Shown in pieces: positions 56,130 to 64,000 of a stretch of DNA of 64,000 nt. The DNA lies in the NCBI GenBank assembly GCA_965223905.1, contig CBDCXV010000001.1, forward strand, positions 768,001 to 832,000, in the 5' to 3' direction. This DNA is from Candidatus Latescibacterota bacterium (GTDB taxonomy: Bacteria > Latescibacterota > UBA2968 > UBA8231). The notes below the pieces were generated by a model, which was given only the letters and a program-made list of their open reading frames with translations, ran no database searches and was not told the origin of the DNA. Made by a program: the position numbers and the translations under genes. How positions within the stretch are numbered: position 1 is the stretch's first letter; every line of letters begins with the position of its first letter.

Positions 56130-57590
56130 TCAGCGGGTGCTTTTTCCGGCGAGGACGAACCAGATCGTCCGCAGCATGATCTTGAAATCTAGAGCGAGGG
56201 ACACGTTCTCGATGTAGTACAGATCGTACTCCAGGCGCTCCTGGGCGATTCCGTGCAGATCCTTCGAGTCGAGATCGAACTGGTGCTTCGACTGGGCCCA
56301 TCCGAGCAGGCCCGGCTTGACGTTGAAGCGGCGCATGTAGAACGGGATCTCGCGGGCGAACTGGTCGACGAAGAAGGGCCGCTCCGGGCGCGGGCCGACC
56401 AGGCTCATGTCCCCCTTGAGGAAATTGATGCACTGCGGGATCTCGTCGAGATGCAGAGCCCGCAAAAGGCGGCCGATGGGGGTGCTCCTCGGATCGTCGC
56501 TTCCTGCCCAGACCGGCCCGGTTTTCTCTTCGGCGTCGACCCGCATCGAGCGGAACTTGTACATCGTGAACACCCGGCCGCCGCGGCCTACGCGCTCCTG
56601 ACGGAACAGCACCGGTCCCGGGGAGTTCATCTTGATGGCGACCGCGGTCAGGAGCCAGACCGGCAGCAGGCCGCCAAGTACGATGAGGGCGACAGCGACG
56701 TCGATCAAGCGCTTGGCCGCCTCCTGCCAGGGAGCCATCAGCCGGGGCTTCAGCTCCATCAGAGGCATGCCAAAGATCTGGTTCGTGCGCACGTGCCCGG
56801 TGACGATGTCGTACAGATCCGGGGTGATGCTGAACGACACCGGCTGGTCGCCGGCGGCTTCTACGATCTCGAGGATTTCCTCGTGGGTGTTGGAGCGCAG
56901 AGCGATCAGCACCGCCTGTACGGAGCGTTCGCGCAGGATGCGGTCGAGATCTTCGACCTGACCCAGCACCGGGACGTCTCCGACCGACGAACGCTCCGCG
57001 TCGTTGCGGGCGCGCACGAAGCCGATGACGTCGTGGACGAGCACGGACCGCGAGCGCAGATCCTGCAGAAGCCTCTCGCCGCGCTCGTCGGTGCCGACGA
57101 TCAGCGCCTTCTGGCGGCCGATCCCGGAAATCAGCAGGTGGCGCTGGATAGACCGCAGTGCGAAGCGGCCCCCCCCGACCAGGCAGACCATGGAGAACCA
57201 GTACGACACGAGAAGGAAACGCGTGAAGGAAAAGCCGCTCTCGAGGTCGAAGGTGGCGATCAGCAGCAGCAGGAATCCCGTTGTCACCACCTTGATTACG
57301 GCGAAGGTCTCATCGAGACGGGACAGCGGCTGCTCCAGGCGGTACATCCCGGAGAAGATGAACAGAACCAGCCAGCAGCAGTACACCAGCGGCAGGGCGT
57401 CGTAACTGTAATACTGCAGGGCGAAGGAGAACGGCATCCCCCCGTCGACGCCGGCTTGCTCCTGCCAGGCGGCTGCGGCGCCGGCAAGCTTTCCGCCGGC
57501 GAACCGCAGCCAAAGGAGGGCCACGGTCGCCAGGTTGATGGCGACGAGATCGCAGGCGAGAAGCAGCAGCTTTTCCTGGATTTTCGGCAT
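56130..57590 (-). CDS. Polyprenyl glycosylphosphotransferase (WcaJ/WbaP-like priming sugar transferase)
   Basis: 'KRLIDV', 'SPGPVLFRQERVG..G..F.MYKFRSM', 'LDEIPQ..N.LKGDMSLVGPRPER', 'DLYYIEN'. Confidence 0.95.
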   Translation of the reverse strand: MPKIQEKLLLLACDLVAINLATVALLWLRFAGGKLAGAAAAWQEQAGVDGGMPFSFALQYYSYDALPLVYCCWLVLFIFSGMYRLEQPLSRLDETFAVIKVVTTGFLLLLIATFDLESGFSFTRFLLVSYWFSMVCLVGGGRFALRSIQRHLLISGIGRQKALIVGTDERGERLLQDLRSRSVLVHDVIGFVRARNDAERSSVGDVPVLGQVEDLDRILRERSVQAVLIALRSNTHEEILEIVEAAGDQPVSFSITPDLYDIVTGHVRTNQIFGMPLMELKPRLMAPWQEAAKRLIDVAVALIVLGGLLPVWLLTAVAIKMNSPGPVLFRQERVGRGGRVFTMYKFRSMRVDAEEKTGPVWAGSDDPRSTPIGRLLRALHLDEIPQCINFLKGDMSLVGPRPERPFFVDQFAREIPFYMRRFNVKPGLLGWAQSKHQFDLDSKDLHGIAQERLEYDLYYIENVSLALDFKIMLRTIWFVLAGKSTR

Positions 57591-57636
57591 CGCGGTTACT
57601 GGTTGCTCCGCCCGGGGACGGGCAGCTCCGGAGCGG

Positions 57637-58974
57637 TCAAGAGCGGATTACGCCCAGGACTTCGTCGCGCCTGGCAGTCATCGTCTCCTGCGACCTGCCT
57701 TCCAGGTTCAGCCTCAACAGCGGCTCGGTGTTGGAGGGCCGAACGTTGAAGTGCCAGTCGTCGAAGCTGACCGAGATGCCGTCGATGTACTCGATCTCGC
57801 CTTCGCCGTAGCGTTCGGCCAGCTCGGCGATCTTGGCCTGCGGGTCGGCCACCTCGGAGTTGATCTCCCCTGAGATGAAGTAGCCGGACTCGAAGGGAGC
57901 CAGCAGCCGTGACAGCTTGCCCCGCAGCGACAGGAGCTCGAGCAACAGCAGCGAAGGCAGGAGGCCGGAATCGGCGCCGAAGAAATCGCGGAAGTAGAAA
58001 TGGCCGCTCAACTCGCCGGCGAAGACCGCCCCCTCTTCGAACATGCGCGGCTTGATGAAGGCGTGGCCGACGCGCTCGACGAGGGCCTCCCCGCCGGCGG
58101 CGGAGATGAAGTCCCGTACCGCCCAGGAGCAACGCACGTCGTAGAGGATCCGGGATCCCGGGTGGCGCTCCAGCAGATACCCTCCCATCAGCGCGGTCAG
58201 GAAATCGCCCGGCACGAACTGCCCGCGGTCGTCGATGACGAAGAAGCGGTCGCCGTCGCCGTCGAAGGCAAACCCGACGTCGGCCTGCTCTTCCCGCACC
58301 CGCCGCACCAGGTCGGCGCGGTTCTCCTCCTGCATGGGGTCGAGTCCGTGGTTCGGCAGGCGGCCGTCCGGTTCGAGGTACATCCCGATCAGCTCGACCG
58401 GCAGGGGTTCGTACACCCGCTCGAGGATGGGGCCGACCATGCCGTTTGCCGTATCGGCGACCACCTTCAGCGGCCGCAGCCGGCTGGGATCGATGAGGCC
58501 GAGGAGCTTGTCGACGAACTGGGAGCTGAGGTCGATCCGGCGCACATCACCCCGCCGCGTCGCCGAAGCATAGCTCTCGTTTTCGACGATTCTCCGCAGG
58601 TCCTGAATGCCGGCCTCGCCGCTGAGCAGGTAGGGCATGTCGCGCACCATCTTGAAGCCGGAGTAGGCCGCGGGGTTGTGCGACGCGGTGACCATCATCC
58701 CCGGCCTGCCGAGGGTGGCGCAGGCGAAGTAGTACTGATCGGTGCCGACCATGCCGAGATCGATGACGTCGGCGCCTTGCCGTCTCAGACCATTGACGAC
58801 GGCTTCGAATATCGTTGGACTGGACAGGCGCATGTCGCGGCCTACGACGACCTCATGCGCCTGCAGGAAGGTCGCGAAGGCGCGTCCGATCGCTTCGGCG
58901 GCCTCCTCGTTCAGCTGTTCCGGGTAGATGCCGCGGATGTCGTACGCTTTGAAAATCGACGGGTCAACTTGCAT
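57637..58974 (-). CDS. manB: Phosphomannomutase/phosphoglucomutase
   Basis: 'FKAYDIRG', 'VTASHNP', 'FDGDGDR', 'GELSGHFYF', 'RPSNTEP.LRLN.E'. Confidence 0.93.
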   Translation of the reverse strand: MQVDPSIFKAYDIRGIYPEQLNEEAAEAIGRAFATFLQAHEVVVGRDMRLSSPTIFEAVVNGLRRQGADVIDLGMVGTDQYYFACATLGRPGMMVTASHNPAAYSGFKMVRDMPYLLSGEAGIQDLRRIVENESYASATRRGDVRRIDLSSQFVDKLLGLIDPSRLRPLKVVADTANGMVGPILERVYEPLPVELIGMYLEPDGRLPNHGLDPMQEENRADLVRRVREEQADVGFAFDGDGDRFFVIDDRGQFVPGDFLTALMGGYLLERHPGSRILYDVRCSWAVRDFISAAGGEALVERVGHAFIKPRMFEEGAVFAGELSGHFYFRDFFGADSGLLPSLLLLELLSLRGKLSRLLAPFESGYFISGEINSEVADPQAKIAELAERYGEGEIEYIDGISVSFDDWHFNVRPSNTEPLLRLNLEGRSQETMTARRDEVLGVIRS

Positions 58975-59028
58975 GAGACCTGGGGCGGGAAGAAGCGCCT
59001 CGCGCCGGCTCTTCGACGCGCGCAGGCA

Positions 59029-60093
59029 CTAGGCGAATCTGGAGACCGTGACGTCGAGGTGGCGGACGCCGCATTCCGGACGGTGATGCTCAACGAGAAT
59101 GGGGGTCTGGTAGGTGCCTTGGACGATCCGCTGGGGTCCTGTCTCGCTGCTGGAGGAGACCAGCAGGCTGATCGATCTCTTGAGGAGGAGGCGGTAGGCA
59201 GGCGTCGACAGCACGGAAATAATCCGGTCGACAACGGAGCGGCCGGTCGGGAGTATGTCCATGAACTCGTTGTAGAGGCGAATCAGGTCGTAGGTCGCGT
59301 GATCCCGCGTCTTCTCCGGGATGGCGCTCGGTTTCCCGAGCAGCTTGCGGCCTCGCCGCACCATGTAGCGCAGTGGATCGGCAAGTACTGCGGGCAGGTC
59401 CTTGCGGATCAGCAGAGTTTCGTATTCGTTGACGGTGAGGCCGGCGTTCTTTTCCCCTGGCGCCATGTGGATCTCGATCCGGCCTTTGTCGATTCCGAAT
59501 CGGTCGAGCCACTCCTCGAACTGTTGAAACAACCCGTAGCGCGGATCTTTCAGGTTGTGGGATTCGATCGGGTGATCGGCAGCGACGGGCAGCGCCAGGC
59601 GTTCGCGGTGGACGACCTGCTCGTCGTTGTATCCGAGCACCGTGGTGTGACGCCGGCGAACGATTTCCTTGTAGATACCATCGAGCTCGACGAAGTACAC
59701 TGGTTCGTCCGGTTTGTGGAGATAGGTCACGCAGTTCTTGAGGCCGGCGCTCATGAAGGTGAGATGGGAATCGGCGTTTACCGGTTCAGTCTGCTTCTGC
59801 GAATCGCTCAACTCGTCGCGCAGCTGCATGCGGTCGTGGAAATACCCGGCGTCGTGGGGGAATATTCGCTGCAGAATTCGGAAGAAAGGGGCCAGCTGTT
59901 TCCGGCTGTGCCCCAGGCGTGCACAAAATCCCTGCTCGAGATAGCCGGCGGTGGTGTGCAACGAACAGTAGACGGCTTTGCGGAAGGCATCGAGTGCGTC
60001 GCCGGCCTCTTCGCGTACGTGTTCGGATACGTCGATCAGCTGAAAGCGGGAGGTCGGGATTAGATCGAGGTTGATTTCGAGGGGTTGCCCCAT
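59029..60093 (-). CDS. Tandem YjbQ (UPF0047)-like two-domain protein
   Basis: Domain 1: 'FQLIDV', 'HTTAG', 'YFHD', 'NADSH', 'ELDG'. Domain 2: 'AGLTVNE', 'RSISL', 'GTYQ..ILVE'. Confidence 0.65.
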   Translation of the reverse strand: MGQPLEINLDLIPTSRFQLIDVSEHVREEAGDALDAFRKAVYCSLHTTAGYLEQGFCARLGHSRKQLAPFFRILQRIFPHDAGYFHDRMQLRDELSDSQKQTEPVNADSHLTFMSAGLKNCVTYLHKPDEPVYFVELDGIYKEIVRRRHTTVLGYNDEQVVHRERLALPVAADHPIESHNLKDPRYGLFQQFEEWLDRFGIDKGRIEIHMAPGEKNAGLTVNEYETLLIRKDLPAVLADPLRYMVRRGRKLLGKPSAIPEKTRDHATYDLIRLYNEFMDILPTGRSVVDRIISVLSTPAYRLLLKRSISLLVSSSSETGPQRIVQGTYQTPILVEHHRPECGVRHLDVTVSRFA

Positions 60094-60224
60094 GATTCGG
60101 GATGAAAGTGGTGCGATCGGAACAGCAGAAAAACGAGGGCTTGTTCAATGTCTAAACATAATACACGACCACATTTAAGGGACGCAACCAGGAAAGGCCA
60201 GTTGCTCCCGGGGGAGAATTCCGC

Positions 60225-60728
60225 ATGCCTGCCCTGTACGTATTGCGTCATGCCAAGTCCGATTGGGGGGTTCCCGGGACCAGTGATTTCGGGCGGCCAC
60301 TCAACAAGCGGGGAATGAAGGACGTTCCCCGGGTCGGCCGCGCCCTGCAGAGAACAGGGCTCCTTCCGCAGCGGGTGATCACATCCCCGGCGGCGCGGGC
60401 GCTGGCGACAGCCGAAGGAATCGCCGCCGGGCTGACCCCGGCGCCCGAGGTGGTTCCCGATGAGCGTCTCTACCACGCCGGTCCGCACGCCTCGAGCGCC
60501 GTGGTAGCCGAACTCGGCGCCGGCGCCTTGTGTATCATGGCGGTGGCACACAACCCCGGCATGGAGGAGTGGATCGAAATGCTGTGTGGAGCCTCGGTGC
60601 GGCTGCCGACCGGCGGCCTTGCCCGGATCGAGCTGGAGGTCGGCGACTGGTCGGAACTGAAGGGAGCGCGAGGGGAGCTTGAGTGGCTGGTAACCCCCCG
60701 GTTGCTGAAGGGGATGGGAGTCAGGTAG
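60225..60728 (+). CDS. sixA: Histidine phosphatase, SixA-like
   Basis: 'LRHAKSDW', 'RPLNKRG', 'SPA.RA..TA', 'AHNPG', 'LPTG'. Confidence 0.9.
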   Translation: MPALYVLRHAKSDWGVPGTSDFGRPLNKRGMKDVPRVGRALQRTGLLPQRVITSPAARALATAEGIAAGLTPAPEVVPDERLYHAGPHASSAVVAELGAGALCIMAVAHNPGMEEWIEMLCGASVRLPTGGLARIELEVGDWSELKGARGELEWLVTPRLLKGMGVR

Positions 60729-60745
60729 GCCGGTGCGGCCTGGGA

Positions 60746-61711
60746 CTAGCGCTTGTAGTCCTCGATTATTCGCCCCAGTGCCTCATCCAGGTCGACCTTG
60801 GGATCGTACCCGACGAGGGAGCGGATTTTCTCCAGGTCCGGGGCGCGGTACGACAGGTCCTCGTAGCGCCCGTTACGGCGGGTCTGGTCGTAGGGAGTGA
60901 ACTGGATCTCCGATTCGCTTCCGGTGAGATCTTTGATCTTGAAAGCGAGATCCTTGATGCTGCTCTCGAAATTCGATCCCAGGTTGACGATCTCGCCGAT
61001 AGCATTGGCGCTGAGGGCGAGCCCGACGAACCCGTCGATGGCGTCATCGATGTAGGTCCAGCAGCGGCGCTGCTCACCGCTGTCGTACACAGTGATCGGG
61101 TGACCGAGAACCGCCTGCTTGATCAGGCGCGGAACTACCATGCCGAAATGCCCCGTCTGGCGCGGGCCGATCACGTTGAAGGGCCGTACGATGACTATCG
61201 GCAACCGCTTTTCCTTCCAGTATGCCAGAGCCAGAAGCTCGTCGACCGCCTTGGTCGTCGAATAGCTCCAACGCACGACCGTTGTAGGTCCCAGAATGCG
61301 GTCGCTGTCCTCCCGGAACGGAACGTTGCCGTTTTTCTTGCCGTAGATCTCCGAAGTCGAGGCGAGGATGACCTTTTTCTTCTTCTCGTTTGCGAGCTCA
61401 AGGACGTGTTCGGTACCGCGGATGTTGGTAGCGAGCGTTTGCAGCGGATTCTCGAGCACGTATTCCACCCCGACGGCCGCGGCGAGGTGGTAGATCATGT
61501 CGCAGCTGTCCACCAGGGGGCGCAACGACTCGAAATTGAGAATGTCGTCAATTTTGCAGGTGAATCTGTCGTGGCCCTCGAGATGCTGAACGTTGGTGAT
61601 GTCGCTGGTGGAGAGATTGTCGATGACCGCCACCTCATCTCCCATCTGCAGATGTCGCTCTGCGAGATGGGAGCCGATGAATCCGGCCCCTCCCGTTATC
61701 AGTATTCTCAT
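60746..61711 (-). CDS. NAD-dependent nucleotide-sugar epimerase/dehydratase (SDR)
   Basis: 'ITGGAGFIGSHL', 'YHLAAAVGV', 'ASTSEIYG', 'YSTTK', 'FNVIGPRQ'. Confidence 0.93.
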   Translation of the reverse strand: MRILITGGAGFIGSHLAERHLQMGDEVAVIDNLSTSDITNVQHLEGHDRFTCKIDDILNFESLRPLVDSCDMIYHLAAAVGVEYVLENPLQTLATNIRGTEHVLELANEKKKKVILASTSEIYGKKNGNVPFREDSDRILGPTTVVRWSYSTTKAVDELLALAYWKEKRLPIVIVRPFNVIGPRQTGHFGMVVPRLIKQAVLGHPITVYDSGEQRRCWTYIDDAIDGFVGLALSANAIGEIVNLGSNFESSIKDLAFKIKDLTGSESEIQFTPYDQTRRNGRYEDLSYRAPDLEKIRSLVGYDPKVDLDEALGRIIEDYKR

Positions 61712-61716
61712 ATGCG

Positions 61717-62370
61717 TCAGCGCGCCGTCGCGTGAACGAAGTAATCCCGACTCAGCCGGGTAACGGCGATGTCGGTCCAGCCGGCGGCCATCATCGTTTC
61801 CATCACTTGTTTCTCGTCGTAAAAGTAGACGGGACAGCGCCTCGAGGTCAGTCGCAGCCACCGCGGCAGCGAGCGCAATGTCCAGCGAATCGGGAAGCTG
61901 AAAACCCCTTGCCCGGTCGTCACCCCGCGCATTTTGGCAAGTACGTCATGAGGATCTGAAATGTAATCAAATAAGCCGATACCGAGGGAAATATCGAATC
62001 GGTCCGGTGCCTGCCAATCTGTGAAGTCGGCCGTTTCCAGCCGGGTCCGCCCGCTGACGCCGGCTTCGACGGCGGCGGCGCGGGCGATTTCTATCATGGC
62101 CGGTGCGAGGTCGAGGCCCACGACCTCTGCTCCCCGCCGCGCAAATTCGACAACGTAACGTCCGGAGCCGCAACCCACCTCGAGAACCCGTTTACCCGCC
62201 ACGGCCCCGCAATATTCGAAAGTCAAGGCAAATCGTCTGTGGATGACGCGGTGAAAGAGCAGGTCGACGATTTGCTGGGGAAATTTCTTCCGATCCTCGT
62301 AGATCGCGTCGAAACGCTTCGCTTCGCCGTCGAAGTAGCGCCGAACCAGGTCTGCAGAGGTGAACTCCAT
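61717..62370 (-). CDS. Class I SAM-dependent methyltransferase
   Basis: 'VLEVGCGSG', 'GLDLA..MI', 'FD...IGLFDY'. Confidence 0.88.
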   Translation of the reverse strand: MEFTSADLVRRYFDGEAKRFDAIYEDRKKFPQQIVDLLFHRVIHRRFALTFEYCGAVAGKRVLEVGCGSGRYVVEFARRGAEVVGLDLAPAMIEIARAAAVEAGVSGRTRLETADFTDWQAPDRFDISLGIGLFDYISDPHDVLAKMRGVTTGQGVFSFPIRWTLRSLPRWLRLTSRRCPVYFYDEKQVMETMMAAGWTDIAVTRLSRDYFVHATAR

Positions 62371-62381
62371 GGTCGGGTCTT

Positions 62382-63233
62382 TCACACCGCCTCCTGTGGC
62401 CTCTGCGGACTTTCCCGGATATCCGTTACTCCGAGAACTTGGCTCACCGTGCCGAACCGGAAGTCCTGCAGCAGGTTCCGCAGGCGAGAGACTGTCTGGC
62501 TCAGGCCCCGGTAATGGGGAACGCGGATACGGGCGGCCAAGTTCAAACGCGGATGATCGGGATCGAGTTCCCACGGATGGATGTAAAACACGGCAGCCTG
62601 CCCGGATCGATTGATCCGCCGCAGGCCGAACCTCGTCAAAGTATAAGGAAATAACCTGAAATAGGCACCTCCGGCGATCGGTATGTTGCGCCCTCCGAGG
62701 CGGTAGGTGGAGAGGGGAAACTCGATCAATCCGGGGCGAATCCGATGGATTTCTCTCGGGGCTCCGGGGAAGCCGTAGCGGTAGTTGGCAACCGGAAAGA
62801 GGCTGGAATCGAAACGGATGCCGCATTCGCAAAGAACCTCGAGGGCCCACTCCGATTGCGGGGTTATCGAGAAATAGGGGGCTCGGTGGCCGACGACCGG
62901 GGCCGCGGCGAGAGGTTCGAGGATGGCGATCGATCGCTTCAGATCCTCCCGGAAGCTGTCCGGGGTCAGCTTGTATACGAACTGGTGGCCGTACCCATGG
63001 GTGGCGATCTCGTGGCCGAGGCCCGTGATCTCGCGAATCAGCCCGGGAGCCCGCTCTGCGGCGTATCCGAGGACGAAAAAGGTGGCCCGGACCTCGGCTT
63101 CGTCGAGCAGACCGAGGAGCCGCCGGGTGCCGATCTCGATGCGGTCCTCGTACCCTTCCCACTGGTCGCAGTCGATCTCGAGCCCCTGGTACCAGTCCTC
63201 GAGATCGACGGTGAATGCGTTGAGCACGGTCAC
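62382..63233 (-). CDS. Polysaccharide deacetylase, DUF3473/XrtA-system type
   Basis: 'NAFTVDLEDWY', 'ATFFVLG', 'HEIATHGY.H', 'RAP.FSI', 'GGAYFRL', 'FYIHPWELDP'. Confidence 0.92.
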   Translation of the reverse strand: MTVLNAFTVDLEDWYQGLEIDCDQWEGYEDRIEIGTRRLLGLLDEAEVRATFFVLGYAAERAPGLIREITGLGHEIATHGYGHQFVYKLTPDSFREDLKRSIAILEPLAAAPVVGHRAPYFSITPQSEWALEVLCECGIRFDSSLFPVANYRYGFPGAPREIHRIRPGLIEFPLSTYRLGGRNIPIAGGAYFRLFPYTLTRFGLRRINRSGQAAVFYIHPWELDPDHPRLNLAARIRVPHYRGLSQTVSRLRNLLQDFRFGTVSQVLGVTDIRESPQRPQEAV

Positions 63234-63450
63234 CTTCCGCGGCCGGTGGGATGATCCGATTTCCCGTCAGGTTCCTGTGCCGAGGGGGTCGAATGCGGGG
63301 ATGGCGCGGTCGGATGGGGATGTGATGATTTGCCGCTGCTTCCCCGGGGTTCGCGTTCCGGAAGGTACCGGGATACCCTGGAACAGCTGTTTGCCGCCGG
63401 GAATCCGTGCCGGGAGACGGAGAGAACGGACATCGGGGGCGCCGCCGGTT

Positions 63451-64000
63451 TTACTTACGGCGCCTGGAGACGAAGCTGCGCACCGCCGCGATCACGCGGT
63501 CCTGTTGCTCTTCGCTCAGCTCGGGGTGCAGCGGCAGCACCAGAATGCGTTCCCATTCGCTTTCGGTCACCGGGAGACGCGTGGTGTAGGGTTTGAAAAT
63601 GCCCATCAGGTGATTCGGGTAGAAATGGACGTTGGAATCGATGCCCTGTTCGTCGAGGTAGCGGTAGAGTTCGTCGCGATCCTCGACCTTGACTACGGCA
63701 TTGTAGCAGGCGCTTAGGGCGTAATCCCGGTTCGGCAGCACCTCGACCCCATCGACCCCGGCGAACCCTTTGCGGTACCGCTGAAGGAGGTTTCGGCGTC
63801 GCTCGTTCAGGGCTTCGAGCTTGTCGAGCTGTACCAGCCCTATCGCAGCGGCGAGGTCGTTCATCTCGTACTTGTACCCGATTTCCTCGACTTCGTAGAT
63901 CCAGGAACGATGCGGTTCTCCTGAACGGAAGCGCTCCCAGGTCGGCTTGGAGATGCCGGCCCAGCGCAGCTTGCGGACCCGGTCGGCAACCGCGGGGTCG
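63451..64000 (-). CDS. DegT/DnrJ/EryC1/StrS aminotransferase, 3' part (5'-truncated by window edge)
   Basis: 'IGYKYEMNDLAAAIGLVQL', 'VHF.P', 'LVLPLHP.LS'. Confidence 0.9.
   Translation of the reverse strand, partial: DPAVADRVRKLRWAGISKPTWERFRSGEPHRSWIYEVEEIGYKYEMNDLAAAIGLVQLDKLEALNERRRNLLQRYRKGFAGVDGVEVLPNRDYALSACYNAVVKVEDRDELYRYLDEQGIDSNVHFYPNHLMGIFKPYTTRLPVTESEWERILVLPLHPELSEEQQDRVIAAVRSFVSRRRK

Overview
A GC-rich bacterial chromosomal segment with about 55 genes and no rRNA, tRNA, CRISPR array or intact transposase/integrase that I can recognise. The gene content includes five PhyH-family 2OG-Fe(II) dioxygenases, two MocD-like membrane 'desaturases', three TonB-dependent receptors, FlgD-Ig and CBM9-like secreted proteins carrying a C-terminal WGRIKAS motif, a sialidase, and an FG-GAP/ASPIC plus multiheme pair. 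This resembles Latescibacterota/Poribacteria-type, often sponge-associated, FCB-group lineages (inference only). The left part (1-21 kb) holds a REase+HEPN/HTH cassette bracketed by a duplication of a TonB-receptor 3' end, toxin-antitoxin modules and remnants, a MocD-like/ADH cluster and modABC. The middle (21-52 kb) is catabolic and surface genes, many broken by single-base frameshifts or short duplications, which could be sequencing error, phase variation or decay. The right part (52-64 kb) has uppP, an aldolase, a DnaA-box cluster, an M28 peptidase and an exopolysaccharide gene run that contains an unusual tandem YjbQ-like protein. A structured intergenic repeat family with compensatory base changes occurs at least three times. 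All functional calls come from visual motif recognition, not database searches.
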